Source: Hyphomicrobiaceae bacterium
Lineage (GTDB): Bacteria; Pseudomonadota; Alphaproteobacteria; Rhizobiales; Hyphomicrobiaceae
Direction: 5' to 3'
NCBI GenBank assembly: GCA_051010015.1
Contig: JBPCVZ010000098.1
Span: 7,587 to 71,586, forward strand
Length of the DNA stretch: 64,000 nt
A model generated the notes under the pieces. The model was not told the DNA's origin and did not search any database. It was given only the letters and a program-made list of their open reading frames with translations. Within the stretch, counting starts at the first letter, position 1. Every line of letters begins with the position of its first letter. Position numbers and translations under genes: made by a program. Of the stretch, positions 8,563 to 18,765 are shown in pieces.

Positions 8563-9696
8563 ATGGGAAATATCTCGTTCGGTTGGTTCCTGCCGACTTT
8601 TGGCGATACAACTGCGTTTGGCCTAGAGAGCGCTCGTATCCCTCCCGGCAATGCTTTGTTTGATGACGTTGCTGCGGCGGCAGATGAAGGCGGCTTCCAG
8701 TATCTGTTGATGCCTGTCGCGCCGAACTGCTGGGAAGCAACGATTGTCGGTGCCTACTATGCAGCGCTCACGAAGCGCATCGCGCCATTGATCGCCATTC
8801 GCTCCGGTTATGTAAATCCGACCCAGTCTGCAAAAATGTTTGCAACGCTCGACCAGATTTCCGGCGGTCGGGCGGCAATTAACCTGATTGCTGGCATCAG
8901 CGATGCCGACACGCTCGCTGACGGCATTCCGGACGACAAGACGGTGCGTTATGAAAAAATGTCGGAAGAGGCCGCGATCATGAAGCGGCTGTGGTCGAGC
9001 GACACGCCGATCGACTATCGCGGCAAGCATTATAACGTCAACCAAGTCATCGACACAAAACCGCTCCAGCAACCGCACCCACCGTTCTTTCTTGGCGGCG
9101 GCTCACAAGCGGCGGCTGCTGTATCCGCGGCGCACAGCACGGTTCATCTTTTCTGGGGGGAACGACCATCAACGATCGGAGAGAAGATTGTTGAACTACG
9201 CAAGCAAGCGGCAGAACACGGTCGGGAGGACATCATTCAGTTCGGGATGCGATTGCACGTGATCTGCCGTGACAGCAATGACGAGGCCTGGCAGGCGGCG
9301 CACGACCTCATTCGCAACGCCCCACGCCTCGAGCAGATCGAAGCGTTCAGCACCGGTCGCGACGCGATCGCGGACGTGGCCAGGACCTCGGAGGCTAATC
9401 GGCAGGTTTGGAAACTGCTCGAAGAATCCGGCAATGACATGAAGATTCACCCGCACATTTGGACCGGCATCTCGACCGTTCGCGTCGGCGCCGGTATCGC
9501 CATTGTGGGTGGGCCAAAGGAAGTTGCGCAGACGATCGACGAATACGTTGAGGCAGGCTGCACATCGTTCTGTTTCTCCGGGTATCCGCATGCCGAGGCT
9601 GCACGCGACTTCTCGGAGAAAGTCATGAGGCCCCACTTCGGCAGTCGCCTGCGGAAAGGCCTGCCGCAAGATCGCACGCCCAGTTCTCAAATGTGA
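8563..9696 (+). CDS. LLM-class FMNH2-dependent monooxygenase, SsuD (alkanesulfonate monooxygenase) family
   Basis: FGWFLPTFGDT..., RLHVICRDSNDEAWQAA..., IWTGISTVRVGAGIAIVGGPKEVAQTIDEYVEAGCTSFCFSGYPH parallel E. coli SsuD block by block. No ssuE or ssuABC is nearby. Confidence 0.8.
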   Translation: MGNISFGWFLPTFGDTTAFGLESARIPPGNALFDDVAAAADEGGFQYLLMPVAPNCWEATIVGAYYAALTKRIAPLIAIRSGYVNPTQSAKMFATLDQISGGRAAINLIAGISDADTLADGIPDDKTVRYEKMSEEAAIMKRLWSSDTPIDYRGKHYNVNQVIDTKPLQQPHPPFFLGGGSQAAAAVSAAHSTVHLFWGERPSTIGEKIVELRKQAAEHGREDIIQFGMRLHVICRDSNDEAWQAAHDLIRNAPRLEQIEAFSTGRDAIADVARTSEANRQVWKLLEESGNDMKIHPHIWTGISTVRVGAGIAIVGGPKEVAQTIDEYVEAGCTSFCFSGYPHAEAARDFSEKVMRPHFGSRLRKGLPQDRTPSSQM

Positions 9697-9878
9697 GCCT
9701 ATTTCGACGCCGAAGAGCTGGCGAATCAGGCGTGCTTGGCAAGTACTTCGGCGGCGCTGGCGCCACGAGCGCCAAATCGACATCGCCAGACGAGGGCAGC
9801 CGATGCTCTGCTATCTGTTGCTAGTGAGGTCGGCGCGACGGCCAATCGATGACGGACGGCATAAAACTCTTCTACGCC

Positions 9879-11612
9879 TTACCATCCTACAGCGTAGGCG
9901 ACGCGCCGCGGATCCGCCCCAGCTTTTTTCATGCCTGTCTCGCGATCGTCCAATATCGTGCAGATTGAGCCTGCGAGCCACGTCCTGTCCGGCCAGCGTT
10001 CGACACGGTGGCCGCGTGCTGCCAGTGCCTCAACGGTGCTTTCGTCCACACGGCCTTCGATCCTGAGCAGGCCCGGATGATAGTCATGCGGCTCGAACGA
10101 CGATGGGAAGGAATAACTCGCAAAACGGGGATGCTCGACGGCTTCCTGTGGTCCCATTCCGAAGACGGCGATGTTGGCGAATGTCTGAGCCATCGCCTGC
10201 GTCTGAACATCGCCACCGGGCGTTCCGAATGGCAGGAACGCCTTGCCATTGCCGCGCACGGCAATGGCCGGGTTGGGCGTCAGGCGCGGGCGTTTGCCGG
10301 GTGCAATGGAGGAAGGGTGGTCCGGGTCGGTCCACGACTGAACGCCCCGCGGGCTAACGTTCATGCCCGTCCCCGGCACGACGGCGCCGTTATACGAGCC
10401 ATCCGACGGTGTCGCGGAGAACACGTTACCGGCTTCATCGACCACACAAAGATAGGTCGTGTCCAATGCGCCGGCCGGATGCGGTTCGCCGCCTGGCGGA
10501 CTGGCGGCCGGCGTAGCCCGCCACGGCCGCCCTGACACGTCGCCGGCCGGCGGCATTTCTGGAAAAGCATTTGCCATGTTGATTCGGCGATATTGTGCGG
10601 CGGCATAGGATCCGGACAAGAGCTTCTCGATCGGTACATCTACAAAGCGTGGGTCGCCGAAATAGGCATCGCGGTCCGCCATGGCAAGCTTGGTCGCCTC
10701 CACATGGGCGTGAATATAGTCTGGACTGTTGTGCCCAAGCGCTCGCAAGTCGAACTGCTTCAATATGTTGAGTTTTTCCAACAAGGCAGGGCCTTGGCAC
10801 CAGGGGCCGCAGGCAAAAACGTTCCAGTCCCCGAACTGCGAGGAGACAGGGGCCTCAAAACCGACTTCGAACGCGGCCATATCGGCCATGCTGAGCCAGC
10901 CACCGATGGAGGCATGATAATCGGTGATCTTCTTGGCAAGGTCACCTGTGTAGAAAGCATCGCGCGCGGCACCGAGGCCTTGTAACCGGTTGCCGCCTTT
11001 GCCAAGCGCAGCTGCTTCTTGATCAATCATGAACTGAAGACTGCTTCCGAGGTCTTCTTGATAGAACAGCTCTCCGATTTCGGGCGGCTCGCCGCTGTTG
11101 GCGAGATAAATGCCGGCTGCGTATGGGAACGCCTGATAGCTCGACTTATTGCTCATGATCGTCTGACGCAACAGCGCGTTCATGGGGAAACCGTCGCGGG
11201 CAAAGCGCGTCGCGTAATGCGCCACGTCGCCAAAGCTCATTGTGCCGTGATGCTCGAGCGCAGCGATCCAGGCGGCCGGTGCCGCCGGCACGACCGTGCG
11301 CAACGGACCGACGGGAATTGCGCCGCCGTGCTGCTCGCGGAAGTAATCAATGTTTGCAGCGGCCGGCCATCCGCCAAGTCCGGATATCGTGATCATTTCC
11401 GAGCGCTGTGCATCCCACAGAATGATCGGGGCGACGCCTGCAACGCTGACCAGATCCGACTGCAGCACGCCAAGGGCTAGTCCGGCGGCGACGCCCGCGT
11501 CGGTTGCATTGCCGCCGGCCTGAAGTATCTCGAAGGCGGCCTGGCTTGCATAGTGATGTCCGGTTGAGACGGCAAAGCGGCTTCCCTGGATTTCTGGACG
11601 TTCGCTCGACAT
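9879..11612 (-). CDS. Gamma-glutamyltransferase family protein
   Basis: 577 aa. N-terminal AVSTGHHYASQAAFEILQAGGNATDAGVAAG. Autoprocessing/nucleophile region DTTYLCVVDEAGNVFSATPS. Also FGTPGGDVQTQA. RBS GAGGAG upstream of the ATG. Confidence 0.9.
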   Translation of the reverse strand: MSSERPEIQGSRFAVSTGHHYASQAAFEILQAGGNATDAGVAAGLALGVLQSDLVSVAGVAPIILWDAQRSEMITISGLGGWPAAANIDYFREQHGGAIPVGPLRTVVPAAPAAWIAALEHHGTMSFGDVAHYATRFARDGFPMNALLRQTIMSNKSSYQAFPYAAGIYLANSGEPPEIGELFYQEDLGSSLQFMIDQEAAALGKGGNRLQGLGAARDAFYTGDLAKKITDYHASIGGWLSMADMAAFEVGFEAPVSSQFGDWNVFACGPWCQGPALLEKLNILKQFDLRALGHNSPDYIHAHVEATKLAMADRDAYFGDPRFVDVPIEKLLSGSYAAAQYRRINMANAFPEMPPAGDVSGRPWRATPAASPPGGEPHPAGALDTTYLCVVDEAGNVFSATPSDGSYNGAVVPGTGMNVSPRGVQSWTDPDHPSSIAPGKRPRLTPNPAIAVRGNGKAFLPFGTPGGDVQTQAMAQTFANIAVFGMGPQEAVEHPRFASYSFPSSFEPHDYHPGLLRIEGRVDESTVEALAARGHRVERWPDRTWLAGSICTILDDRETGMKKAGADPRRVAYAVGW

Positions 11613-11770
11613 GACATCTCCTCGCTGTCTACGCTGACATCACTGCATTGACGACCACCGACCACCTCGCTGTCAACGCCTCGAGCCGCGGCCACTTGGA
11701 CAAAGACAGCAGATGGGCGATGACTTAGAGTGGTCGCTGAGCAGAAGACGGTTGCGGAAGGAGATACCCA

Positions 11771-12637
11771 ATGGCGAACACTTCGGAGACTTGGACCTGG
11801 CTTGATGGTGACTGGCACGAAGGCAATGTGCTGGTTGCCGGACCGCGAACGCATGCCTTTTGGCTCGGTTCCTCGGTCTTTGACGGTGCCCGCGCATTCG
11901 AGGGCGTAACCCCGGATCTCGACAGCCACTGTGTGCGGCTCAACAATTCCGCCCGCGCACTGAGCTTGGCTGCGACCCAGTCCGTCGAGACGATCATGGG
12001 CCTGGTACAAGATGGACTGAAGAAGTTCAAATCGAACGAAGCAGTCTACATTCGACCGATGTATTGGGCGGACGACGGTGGTGTCTCCGGTTCTTCCGTG
12101 CCGCCCAATCCGGAGACGACACGTTTTCTCCTATGCCTCTATGTTGCGCCAATGAATCCGCCCAAAGGCTTTTCGATCACGCTGTCCCCTTTCCGCCGCC
12201 CGACCGCCGAAACCATGCCGACCAGCGCCAAGGCCGGCTGCCTCTACCCAAACAATGCGCGCTGCGTGACGGAGGCGAAATCGCGTGGCTTTGACAATGC
12301 CCTTGTCCTCGACATGCTCGGCAATGTCGCGGAAGCCGGCACGTCGAACCTGTTCATGGTCAAAGACGGAGTCGTCAAGACACCAGCTCTGAACGGCACG
12401 TTCCTGGCCGGTGTAACACGCCACCGCACAATAGAACTTCTTCGGAGCGACGGCATTGCAGTTGAGGAGACGACGTTGACGGTGGCCGATTTCATGGATG
12501 CGGATGAAGTTTTCTCGAGCGGCAACAACTCCAAGATCGTCGCGATCAACCGCATTGAAGACCGTCAACTGCAGCCAGGCCCGATGATGTTCAGGGCGCG
12601 TGAACTCTACTGGGATTGGGCGCACAGCAAGGCCTGA
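11771..12637 (+). CDS. Class IV (branched-chain/D-amino-acid) aminotransferase family protein
   Basis: 288 aa. FDGARAFEG..., YIRPMYW..., AKAGCLYPNNARCVTEAKSRGFDNALVLD, GTSNLFMVKDGVVKTP, GVTR are fold-type IV motifs. RBS GGAAGGAGA. Confidence 0.85.
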   Translation: MANTSETWTWLDGDWHEGNVLVAGPRTHAFWLGSSVFDGARAFEGVTPDLDSHCVRLNNSARALSLAATQSVETIMGLVQDGLKKFKSNEAVYIRPMYWADDGGVSGSSVPPNPETTRFLLCLYVAPMNPPKGFSITLSPFRRPTAETMPTSAKAGCLYPNNARCVTEAKSRGFDNALVLDMLGNVAEAGTSNLFMVKDGVVKTPALNGTFLAGVTRHRTIELLRSDGIAVEETTLTVADFMDADEVFSSGNNSKIVAINRIEDRQLQPGPMMFRARELYWDWAHSKA

Positions 12638-12763
12638 CGAAGGCGAAACCGCACTGCACCTGGCGATCGAACAGCGCTTGCGGTTCGTTTTGATCCATGG
12701 CTTCATCTCGTATGCGGTGCCTGTGTCAGCGGGCCCGCATTTTCGACGTGATGGAGAGAGACA

Positions 12764-14062
12764 ATGGATCCCGTGTTGAGAGATGCCGCCAAAGACGTGC
12801 TGATTCGCTATGGTGGTGATGAATTTCCCAATCTCTTTCGATCAGCGAGAGGCAGCATCGTCACCGACGATGAGGGCCGCGAGATCCTTGATTTCACGTC
12901 TGGGCAGATGTGCGCCACACTTGGTCACAATCATCCAGCGATTACATCGGCCATCAAGACAAGCTGCGATACAGCGCTGCATATGTTCTCGGGCATGATC
13001 CCCGAAGCGGTCGTGCGCCTTGGCCGGCTGCTAGCGGACTGGGTCCCTAAGCCACTGCAAAAGTCGCTGTTTCTCAATACCGGTAGCGAATCGAATGAAG
13101 CGGCGCTGCGCCTCGCGAAGATCACGACCGGCGGTTATGAAGTAATTGCGCTCGGTGGTTCGTGGCACGGTACGACGGGTGGTTCGGCCGCGGCAACGTT
13201 TGCCAGCGACCGACGCGGGTATGGCCCGAAAGTCCCTGGCAACCATGTTCTTCCCGAACCGAACGCCTATCGCTGCCCCATCGAACACTGTCGCGATTCC
13301 TGCGATATGTCATGTCTGCGCGTCGGCTTGAAAATGTTCGATATGGCGTCGGATGGCGAGCCGGCTGCGATCATCACCGAGCCCGTAATTTCGGCAGGCG
13401 GGATCATCGTTCCACCCGAGGGCTACTTCGATCAACTCAAGACGGCCGCCCATGAACGCGGGATGAAGCTCATTTTTGATGAGGCACAAACAGCTTTCGG
13501 GCGACTCGGCGTGGCAACGGCTGCCGAGAAGCTCGGTGTCGTACCAGACATTATGACAGTTTCCAAAACACTTGGCGGCGGCCTGCCGCTTTCGGCGGCA
13601 ATCACTTCCACCGAGATCGAGGAAGCCGCACAGCGCGCCGGGTTTACGTTCTATACCTCGCACGTCTCCGACCCGCTGCTGGCCAATGTCGGAATCGCGG
13701 TTCTGCAAACCATAACGCGCGAGGAACTGATGCCTCGCGCAGTCACGATGGGAGCGTATCTCAATAAGGGGTTGCGAGATCTGCAACAGCGCCACGAAGC
13801 CATCGGAGACATACGTGGTGACGGATTGCTTGTCGGCGTCGAGTTGGTCAAGGACCGGCATGGTCGCGAGCCCTATCACGAGCTGGGCGCTCTGACGACG
13901 GAGCGCTGTTTCGAACTGGGATTGTCCATGAATATACGACGACGTCCCGAGCGGGGTTCGGTTTGGCGCATCGCCCCACCGCTGACGGTCACCGAAGATG
14001 AGGTTGATCGCGCCGTCAGCATTCTTGATCAGGCACTGACGGAAAGCCTGGACAAGTTATAG
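12764..14062 (+). CDS. Class III (omega-) aminotransferase, PLP-dependent
   Basis: 432 aa. TGSESNEAALRLAK, FDEAQTAFGRLG, and PLP-lysine context DIMTVSKTLGGGLPLSA. RBS GGAGAG. Confidence 0.9.
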   Translation: MDPVLRDAAKDVLIRYGGDEFPNLFRSARGSIVTDDEGREILDFTSGQMCATLGHNHPAITSAIKTSCDTALHMFSGMIPEAVVRLGRLLADWVPKPLQKSLFLNTGSESNEAALRLAKITTGGYEVIALGGSWHGTTGGSAAATFASDRRGYGPKVPGNHVLPEPNAYRCPIEHCRDSCDMSCLRVGLKMFDMASDGEPAAIITEPVISAGGIIVPPEGYFDQLKTAAHERGMKLIFDEAQTAFGRLGVATAAEKLGVVPDIMTVSKTLGGGLPLSAAITSTEIEEAAQRAGFTFYTSHVSDPLLANVGIAVLQTITREELMPRAVTMGAYLNKGLRDLQQRHEAIGDIRGDGLLVGVELVKDRHGREPYHELGALTTERCFELGLSMNIRRRPERGSVWRIAPPLTVTEDEVDRAVSILDQALTESLDKL

Positions 14063-14229
14063 GTCCGACGGCGTGGACTTGACGGCACGCTTGATAGCTT
14101 GTGCCTTGTCGGCAGCCTGATAGTGCCCGATGGTGAAACGGCACAGCGCCTGGAAAGGTCTTGCGCAGCCGGCAGGTGTTAGGTGCCAAGATTGCCGGAC
14201 GGCATGGGCCAAGCTTGGCGCCCATCCGG

Positions 14230-15078
14230 TTAACTGATCAACGCGGCGTACTTGTCGAGGAGAGGCAGAACGACATCGGTGCTCTCTGACGGCAGTGGAA
14301 GGATCACGCGACGGGCGCCGAGATCGGAATGGGCCTTGACAGCCTCAGAGTCTGCACCGCGCGCATAGAACATGCTCAAGGCAATGCTCGATGGGTCGCG
14401 ACCGATCTTGTCACAGGCCTCTTTGATTTGAGATAGACCGTCATCGATGCTGTGAACGTCACCGAGCGGTAACCAGCCATCGCAGAATTCGGCAATATGT
14501 GCGGCCGTCTTCGGGCCCACAGCGCCGCCCATCAGGATTGGTGGATGCGGTTGCTGTGTCGGTTTCGGCCACGCCCAGCTTTTATCGAACTGGATGAGAT
14601 CACCCTGATAGTGAACCTCATCCTCGGTCCAGAGTTGCTTCATGAGCAGGATTTTTTCACGTAGCAGCGCTCGGCGCTGATTGAAGACAACGCCATGGTT
14701 GCGCATTTCTTCAACGCACCAACCATAGCCAATACCAAGCTCGAAGCGTCCATTGGAAATCATGTCCAGACTGGCGACTTCCTTGGCGAGCCATATGGCA
14801 TCGCGCTGCGCAACCAGTGTGATGCCGGTTCCGAGCCTGATCTTTTCTGTGACTGCGGCGCAGGCAGCCAGCCCGACGAACTGGTCATGTGCCCGCCAGT
14901 ACATTTCCGGCAGAGGCGGTGCGCCCTTTCGTCCACCCCATGGTGTTTCCCGGCTGACGGGGATGTGGCTGTGCTCTGGAAACCAGAGCGATTCGAACCC
15001 GCGCGCCTCGACTTCCTTGGCAAGCTGCACCGGCTGGATCGACTTGTCGGTCGGGAAGATCATCACTCCAATATCCAC
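14230..15078 (-). CDS. LLM-class (F420-type subfamily) flavin/deazaflavin-dependent oxidoreductase
   Basis: IGVMIFPTDKSIQPVQLAKEVEARGFESLWFPEHSHIP is typical of the F420-type LLM subfamily. Start set to GTG 15078 (GGAGAC 5 nt upstream). Confidence 0.75.
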   Translation of the reverse strand: MDIGVMIFPTDKSIQPVQLAKEVEARGFESLWFPEHSHIPVSRETPWGGRKGAPPLPEMYWRAHDQFVGLAACAAVTEKIRLGTGITLVAQRDAIWLAKEVASLDMISNGRFELGIGYGWCVEEMRNHGVVFNQRRALLREKILLMKQLWTEDEVHYQGDLIQFDKSWAWPKPTQQPHPPILMGGAVGPKTAAHIAEFCDGWLPLGDVHSIDDGLSQIKEACDKIGRDPSSIALSMFYARGADSEAVKAHSDLGARRVILPLPSESTDVVLPLLDKYAALIS

Positions 15079-15155
15079 GTCACGTCTCCTGTTGGTTGAT
15101 CTGCCATTCCTCACGGCGATGTTGCTTGATCGCGCGATACCGCCGTCATGTTGCT

Positions 15156-16805
15156 TCAGCCAGCGGGCTCTGGCAAGACGACTGGCTCCAATGCGGGCTT
15201 GCCAAGAACCAGATCTGAGCCCTTCTCGGCGATCATCATAACGGCGGCATTGAGATTTGCCGAGATCATGGCTGGCATGACCGACGCATCAATGACCCTC
15301 AGACCCTTTAGGCCGTGAACCTGCAGCTGATCGTTGACAACTGCAGTTTGGTCCGTCGACGGGCCCATTTTGCATGTGCCCATGACATGGTAGGTCGTAT
15401 TACCCCAGCGGCGTGCCGCGTCGAGCATTTCATCGTCGCTTTGGACATCCTCGCCAGGGTAAACCTCGCCGTCGAAATAGGCTTGCATGGCATCCGTGTG
15501 CATCAGGCGCCGCGCCAGTTTTACCGCTTCGACGGCCATGCGCCGGTCGCCTTCGGTATCGAGGTAGTTCGGTTGAATGCGTGGCGCTGCAAATGGATCA
15601 GCGGACATGGCAGTAACGAATCCACGGCTTTCCGGTCGATGCTGCCAGGCGGCCACCGTATACCCAGGATGATCGTCGAACACGCCATGTTGCCCATCCT
15701 TGAAACTGGCCGGCGTGAAAATGAACTGCAGGTCATTGCTGCGTGTCTCAGGATTGGAGTGCCAGAAGCCATACACCATGGTGGCGCTCAGGTTGACGAT
15801 ACTTTCGCGGCCGACGAGGTATTTGCCAATCTCTGCCAGCAACCTCAGGCCCCGCGCGCGCTCATTGAGGGTCTCGATACCTTTCACTCGGGCACTCAAC
15901 CGAGGGGCATAGTGATCCTGCAGATTGTTGCCGACGCCCGGCAATGCATGGTTGACCTCGACACCAATCGAAGAAAGGTGCCCAGGGTCTCCAACGCCGG
16001 AAAGCTGTAGGATCTGCGGCGAGTTTATGGCGCCACCACTGACAATAATTTCGCGGTTGGCTTTCAATTGCAGCAGTTGACCGTTTCTCCCGCCCATCGA
16101 TACTTCGACGCCGATCACACGTTTATCATCCAGGATTATACGTGTGGCGTGTGCGCCGGTCTTGACTGCCAGGTTTGAGCGCGATTTTGCTGGATTGAGA
16201 AATGCGGTCGCCGTACTCACCCTTCGCCCCTTGTGGGCCGTTCGCTGTACGTACGAAATGCCCTCCTGCACTGCGCCGTTGTAGTCGGGGTTTTGCGGGA
16301 TGCCGAGTTCCCCGGCGCCGGAAATGAAGGCGTCGCATAGCGGATGCCTGATCGGAATGTCCGCCACGGTTAGCGGGCCTGATCGTCCCCGGTATGTATC
16401 ATCACCATCGCCGATACGTGTCTCGCAGCGGCGGAAGTAAGGCAGCACATCGGCGTAACCCCAGCCGAGATTGCCACGTTGCGCCCATCCATCGAAATCC
16501 AACCGATGCCCGCGGTTGTAGATGTGGCCATTGATCGAACTGGAACCGCCCAGTGTCTTGCCACGGGGCACCGGTGTTACACGTCCGCCTGTGCCGTTCG
16601 ATGGCTCGGCCTGATAAAGCCAATTGAGCTTGGGGTTGACGAGCGTCTTGATGAAGCCAGCTGGTATGTGGATGTACGGGTTCCAATCGGGTGGCCCTGC
16701 TTCCAGAAGGCAGACGCTATGTTTTCCCGTTTCAGTCAGTCGATTTGCCAGGATGCACCCAGCCGATCCGCCGCCCACAATTATGTAGTCATACTGCTCA
16801 TTCAT
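15156..16805 (-). CDS. GMC family FAD-dependent oxidoreductase (choline dehydrogenase-like)
   Basis: MNEQYDYIIVGGGSAGCILANRLTE FAD fingerprint, GKTLGGSSSINGHIY, and C-terminal HVMGTCKMG...LRVIDASVMP. RBS GGGAGGA. Confidence 0.9.
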   Translation of the reverse strand: MNEQYDYIIVGGGSAGCILANRLTETGKHSVCLLEAGPPDWNPYIHIPAGFIKTLVNPKLNWLYQAEPSNGTGGRVTPVPRGKTLGGSSSINGHIYNRGHRLDFDGWAQRGNLGWGYADVLPYFRRCETRIGDGDDTYRGRSGPLTVADIPIRHPLCDAFISGAGELGIPQNPDYNGAVQEGISYVQRTAHKGRRVSTATAFLNPAKSRSNLAVKTGAHATRIILDDKRVIGVEVSMGGRNGQLLQLKANREIIVSGGAINSPQILQLSGVGDPGHLSSIGVEVNHALPGVGNNLQDHYAPRLSARVKGIETLNERARGLRLLAEIGKYLVGRESIVNLSATMVYGFWHSNPETRSNDLQFIFTPASFKDGQHGVFDDHPGYTVAAWQHRPESRGFVTAMSADPFAAPRIQPNYLDTEGDRRMAVEAVKLARRLMHTDAMQAYFDGEVYPGEDVQSDDEMLDAARRWGNTTYHVMGTCKMGPSTDQTAVVNDQLQVHGLKGLRVIDASVMPAMISANLNAAVMMIAEKGSDLVLGKPALEPVVLPEPAG

Positions 16806-17002
16806 TTTTCGATCCTCCCACTGCCGGCCGTGCTGCTGCCCGAGTATATGACCTTCGAGGCGGTGCGATTGCCAGTCTTGTAGGTTGTGTTACCGTGACG
16901 ATCAGCATGTTGGTCATCGACAGTATCTTGGGCTGCCGGTGTTGATTGGGCCTGCTTGGCGCTTCGCTAAGGCTTGCCCACTAGTGAGGGAGTTGTTGAG
17001 CA

Positions 17003-17779
17003 ATGTTGGCCGGTCAAACAGCGATCGTGACAGGCGCCGGGCAAGGCATTGGTGAGGCAACAGCGCTGGCTTTGGCGCAAGCAGGAGCGAATGTCGTCGT
17101 TTCCGATATCGACCCGTTGCTCGCGCAAAAGACGACAGATGCAATTTTGGCAGCGCAGCATACCGGCATCGCCGTCACGGCTGATGCCGGTGATCTCGGC
17201 GATATTCAACGGCTCGTCGATGAAGCGACATCGGCATTCGGTAAAATCCACATTCTCGTCAACAATGCGGGTGTGACGCGGCGCGCCTATATCATGGACA
17301 TAACGGAAGCTGACTGGGACCGTATTCATCGCGTGAACGCCAAAGGCGTGTTCTTCTGTTTGCAGGCCGTGGCGCGGGCGATGATCCCCTATCGCAGTGG
17401 TCGCATCATCAACATCGCATCAATCGCTGGCAAAGGTTACGCGGGAACATCAAACGCAGCCTATGCGGCAAGCAAGGGGGCCGTCATAAGCCTAACTCGA
17501 ACGGCGGCGCAGCAACTCGGACAACACAACATCAACGTCAATGCCGTTTGTCCCGGCGTGACACGAACAGCCCTGTCCGATGCCAATCTGCAGGTGCGTG
17601 CGGAACAGGAAGGACTGACTATCGAGGAGATGGCGGCGCGCCGGGCCGCAATGATTCCGCTCGGTCGTCCGAATGAGGCGCGAGATATAGCCGATATGGT
17701 CGTCTTTCTCGCATCCCAAGGTGCCCGCAATATCACTGGGCAGACATACAATGTTGATGGCGGGATTATCCCTGAGTAG
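17003..17779 (+). CDS. SDR family oxidoreductase (FabG-like)
   Basis: TGAGQGIG cofactor motif, NNAG, and YAASKGAV catalytic YxxxK. RBS GAGGGAG. Confidence 0.9.
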   Translation: MLAGQTAIVTGAGQGIGEATALALAQAGANVVVSDIDPLLAQKTTDAILAAQHTGIAVTADAGDLGDIQRLVDEATSAFGKIHILVNNAGVTRRAYIMDITEADWDRIHRVNAKGVFFCLQAVARAMIPYRSGRIINIASIAGKGYAGTSNAAYAASKGAVISLTRTAAQQLGQHNINVNAVCPGVTRTALSDANLQVRAEQEGLTIEEMAARRAAMIPLGRPNEARDIADMVVFLASQGARNITGQTYNVDGGIIPE

Positions 17780-17820
17780 CGCATCTTCGCGCATTTCCGA
17801 CGAGCGAAAGGAGAGCGCAA

Positions 17821-18744
17821 TTGTCGCTTGGAACAGTTTTGGTAACTGGAGCGGGCGGATTGCTTGGCTCTTACGTCGTTCGAGAGTTGACCGGAAAGGC
17901 CAACGATATCGTTGGACTGGACATTGCGGCACCTGCCGATGTCCACGGTCTTTCTACTTTCAAGACAGGTAGCATCGAGGATGCCGAAACGGTACGCGAC
18001 GCTGTCAGCGGTTGCGATGTTGTTGTTCACGTGGCAGCGCGGCCGAACATTTGGAGCGGGCAAGGCCACGAAATAATACACACCAACGTTACGGGCACTT
18101 GGAACGTTTTGCAGTGCGCTGAGGAGGCGGGCGTCAAACGTGTGGTCATCACGTCAAGTGACTCAGTTGTCGGCTATACCGTGCTTGAAGGCGCGATGCT
18201 GCCACCGGAATATCTGCCGGTTGACAGGGCTCATCCGTTGCGGCCGACTGACCCGTATGCTCTTAGTAAAGCGCTCTGTGAGCGCACAGCGCAAGCGTTT
18301 CTGGATCGGGGAAAAATGGAGGTCGTCGCCTTACGTCCGGTCTATGTACTTTATCCCGAGTTCGAGTGCGAGGTGGTCGCGCGGGCCGCCGATCCAGACG
18401 GATATAAGGGACCAGCGGCGGGCGGGCGACAACCAGCCGGCGGCGGGGTGATGTGGCACTACGTTGATCCGCGTGACGTTGCCCGTGCCTTTCGATTGGC
18501 GCTCGAAGCGGAGCGACCGGGCTTCGGGCCCTACTTCATTTGCGGGCCTAATACGCTGGCACCGGATTCTACCATTGAGCGTCTGGCCCAACGTATGAAC
18601 GGTGTGCGTGTTCCCGTAAAATCGCCGGCGTTATATGACACGTCACCGTTTGCGCCACTCTATGACCTGACTGAAGCGCGGGACGCATTTGGCTTTACCG
18701 CAGAGCACGATAGGCGTCGGGATCTGGTCGGTTTTGGTGAGTGA
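17821..18744 (+). CDS. NAD-dependent epimerase/dehydratase family protein (extended SDR)
   Basis: VLVTGAGGLLGSYVV Rossmann motif and YALSKAL catalytic YxxxK. TTG start preceded by AAGGAGAG. Confidence 0.85.
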   Translation: MSLGTVLVTGAGGLLGSYVVRELTGKANDIVGLDIAAPADVHGLSTFKTGSIEDAETVRDAVSGCDVVVHVAARPNIWSGQGHEIIHTNVTGTWNVLQCAEEAGVKRVVITSSDSVVGYTVLEGAMLPPEYLPVDRAHPLRPTDPYALSKALCERTAQAFLDRGKMEVVALRPVYVLYPEFECEVVARAADPDGYKGPAAGGRQPAGGGVMWHYVDPRDVARAFRLALEAERPGFGPYFICGPNTLAPDSTIERLAQRMNGVRVPVKSPALYDTSPFAPLYDLTEARDAFGFTAEHDRRRDLVGFGE

Positions 18745-18765
18745 TCTCGGGCGATCAGCCCAAGC

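Noticed and set aside
14190-14229. Imperfect palindrome around CAAGCTTG (…CATGGGCCAAGCTTGGCGCCCATCC…) just downstream of the LLM gene stop, considered as a terminator.
   Set aside because: The arms are bulged and imperfect and no U/T-tract follows on the relevant strand. There is not enough support to annotate it.
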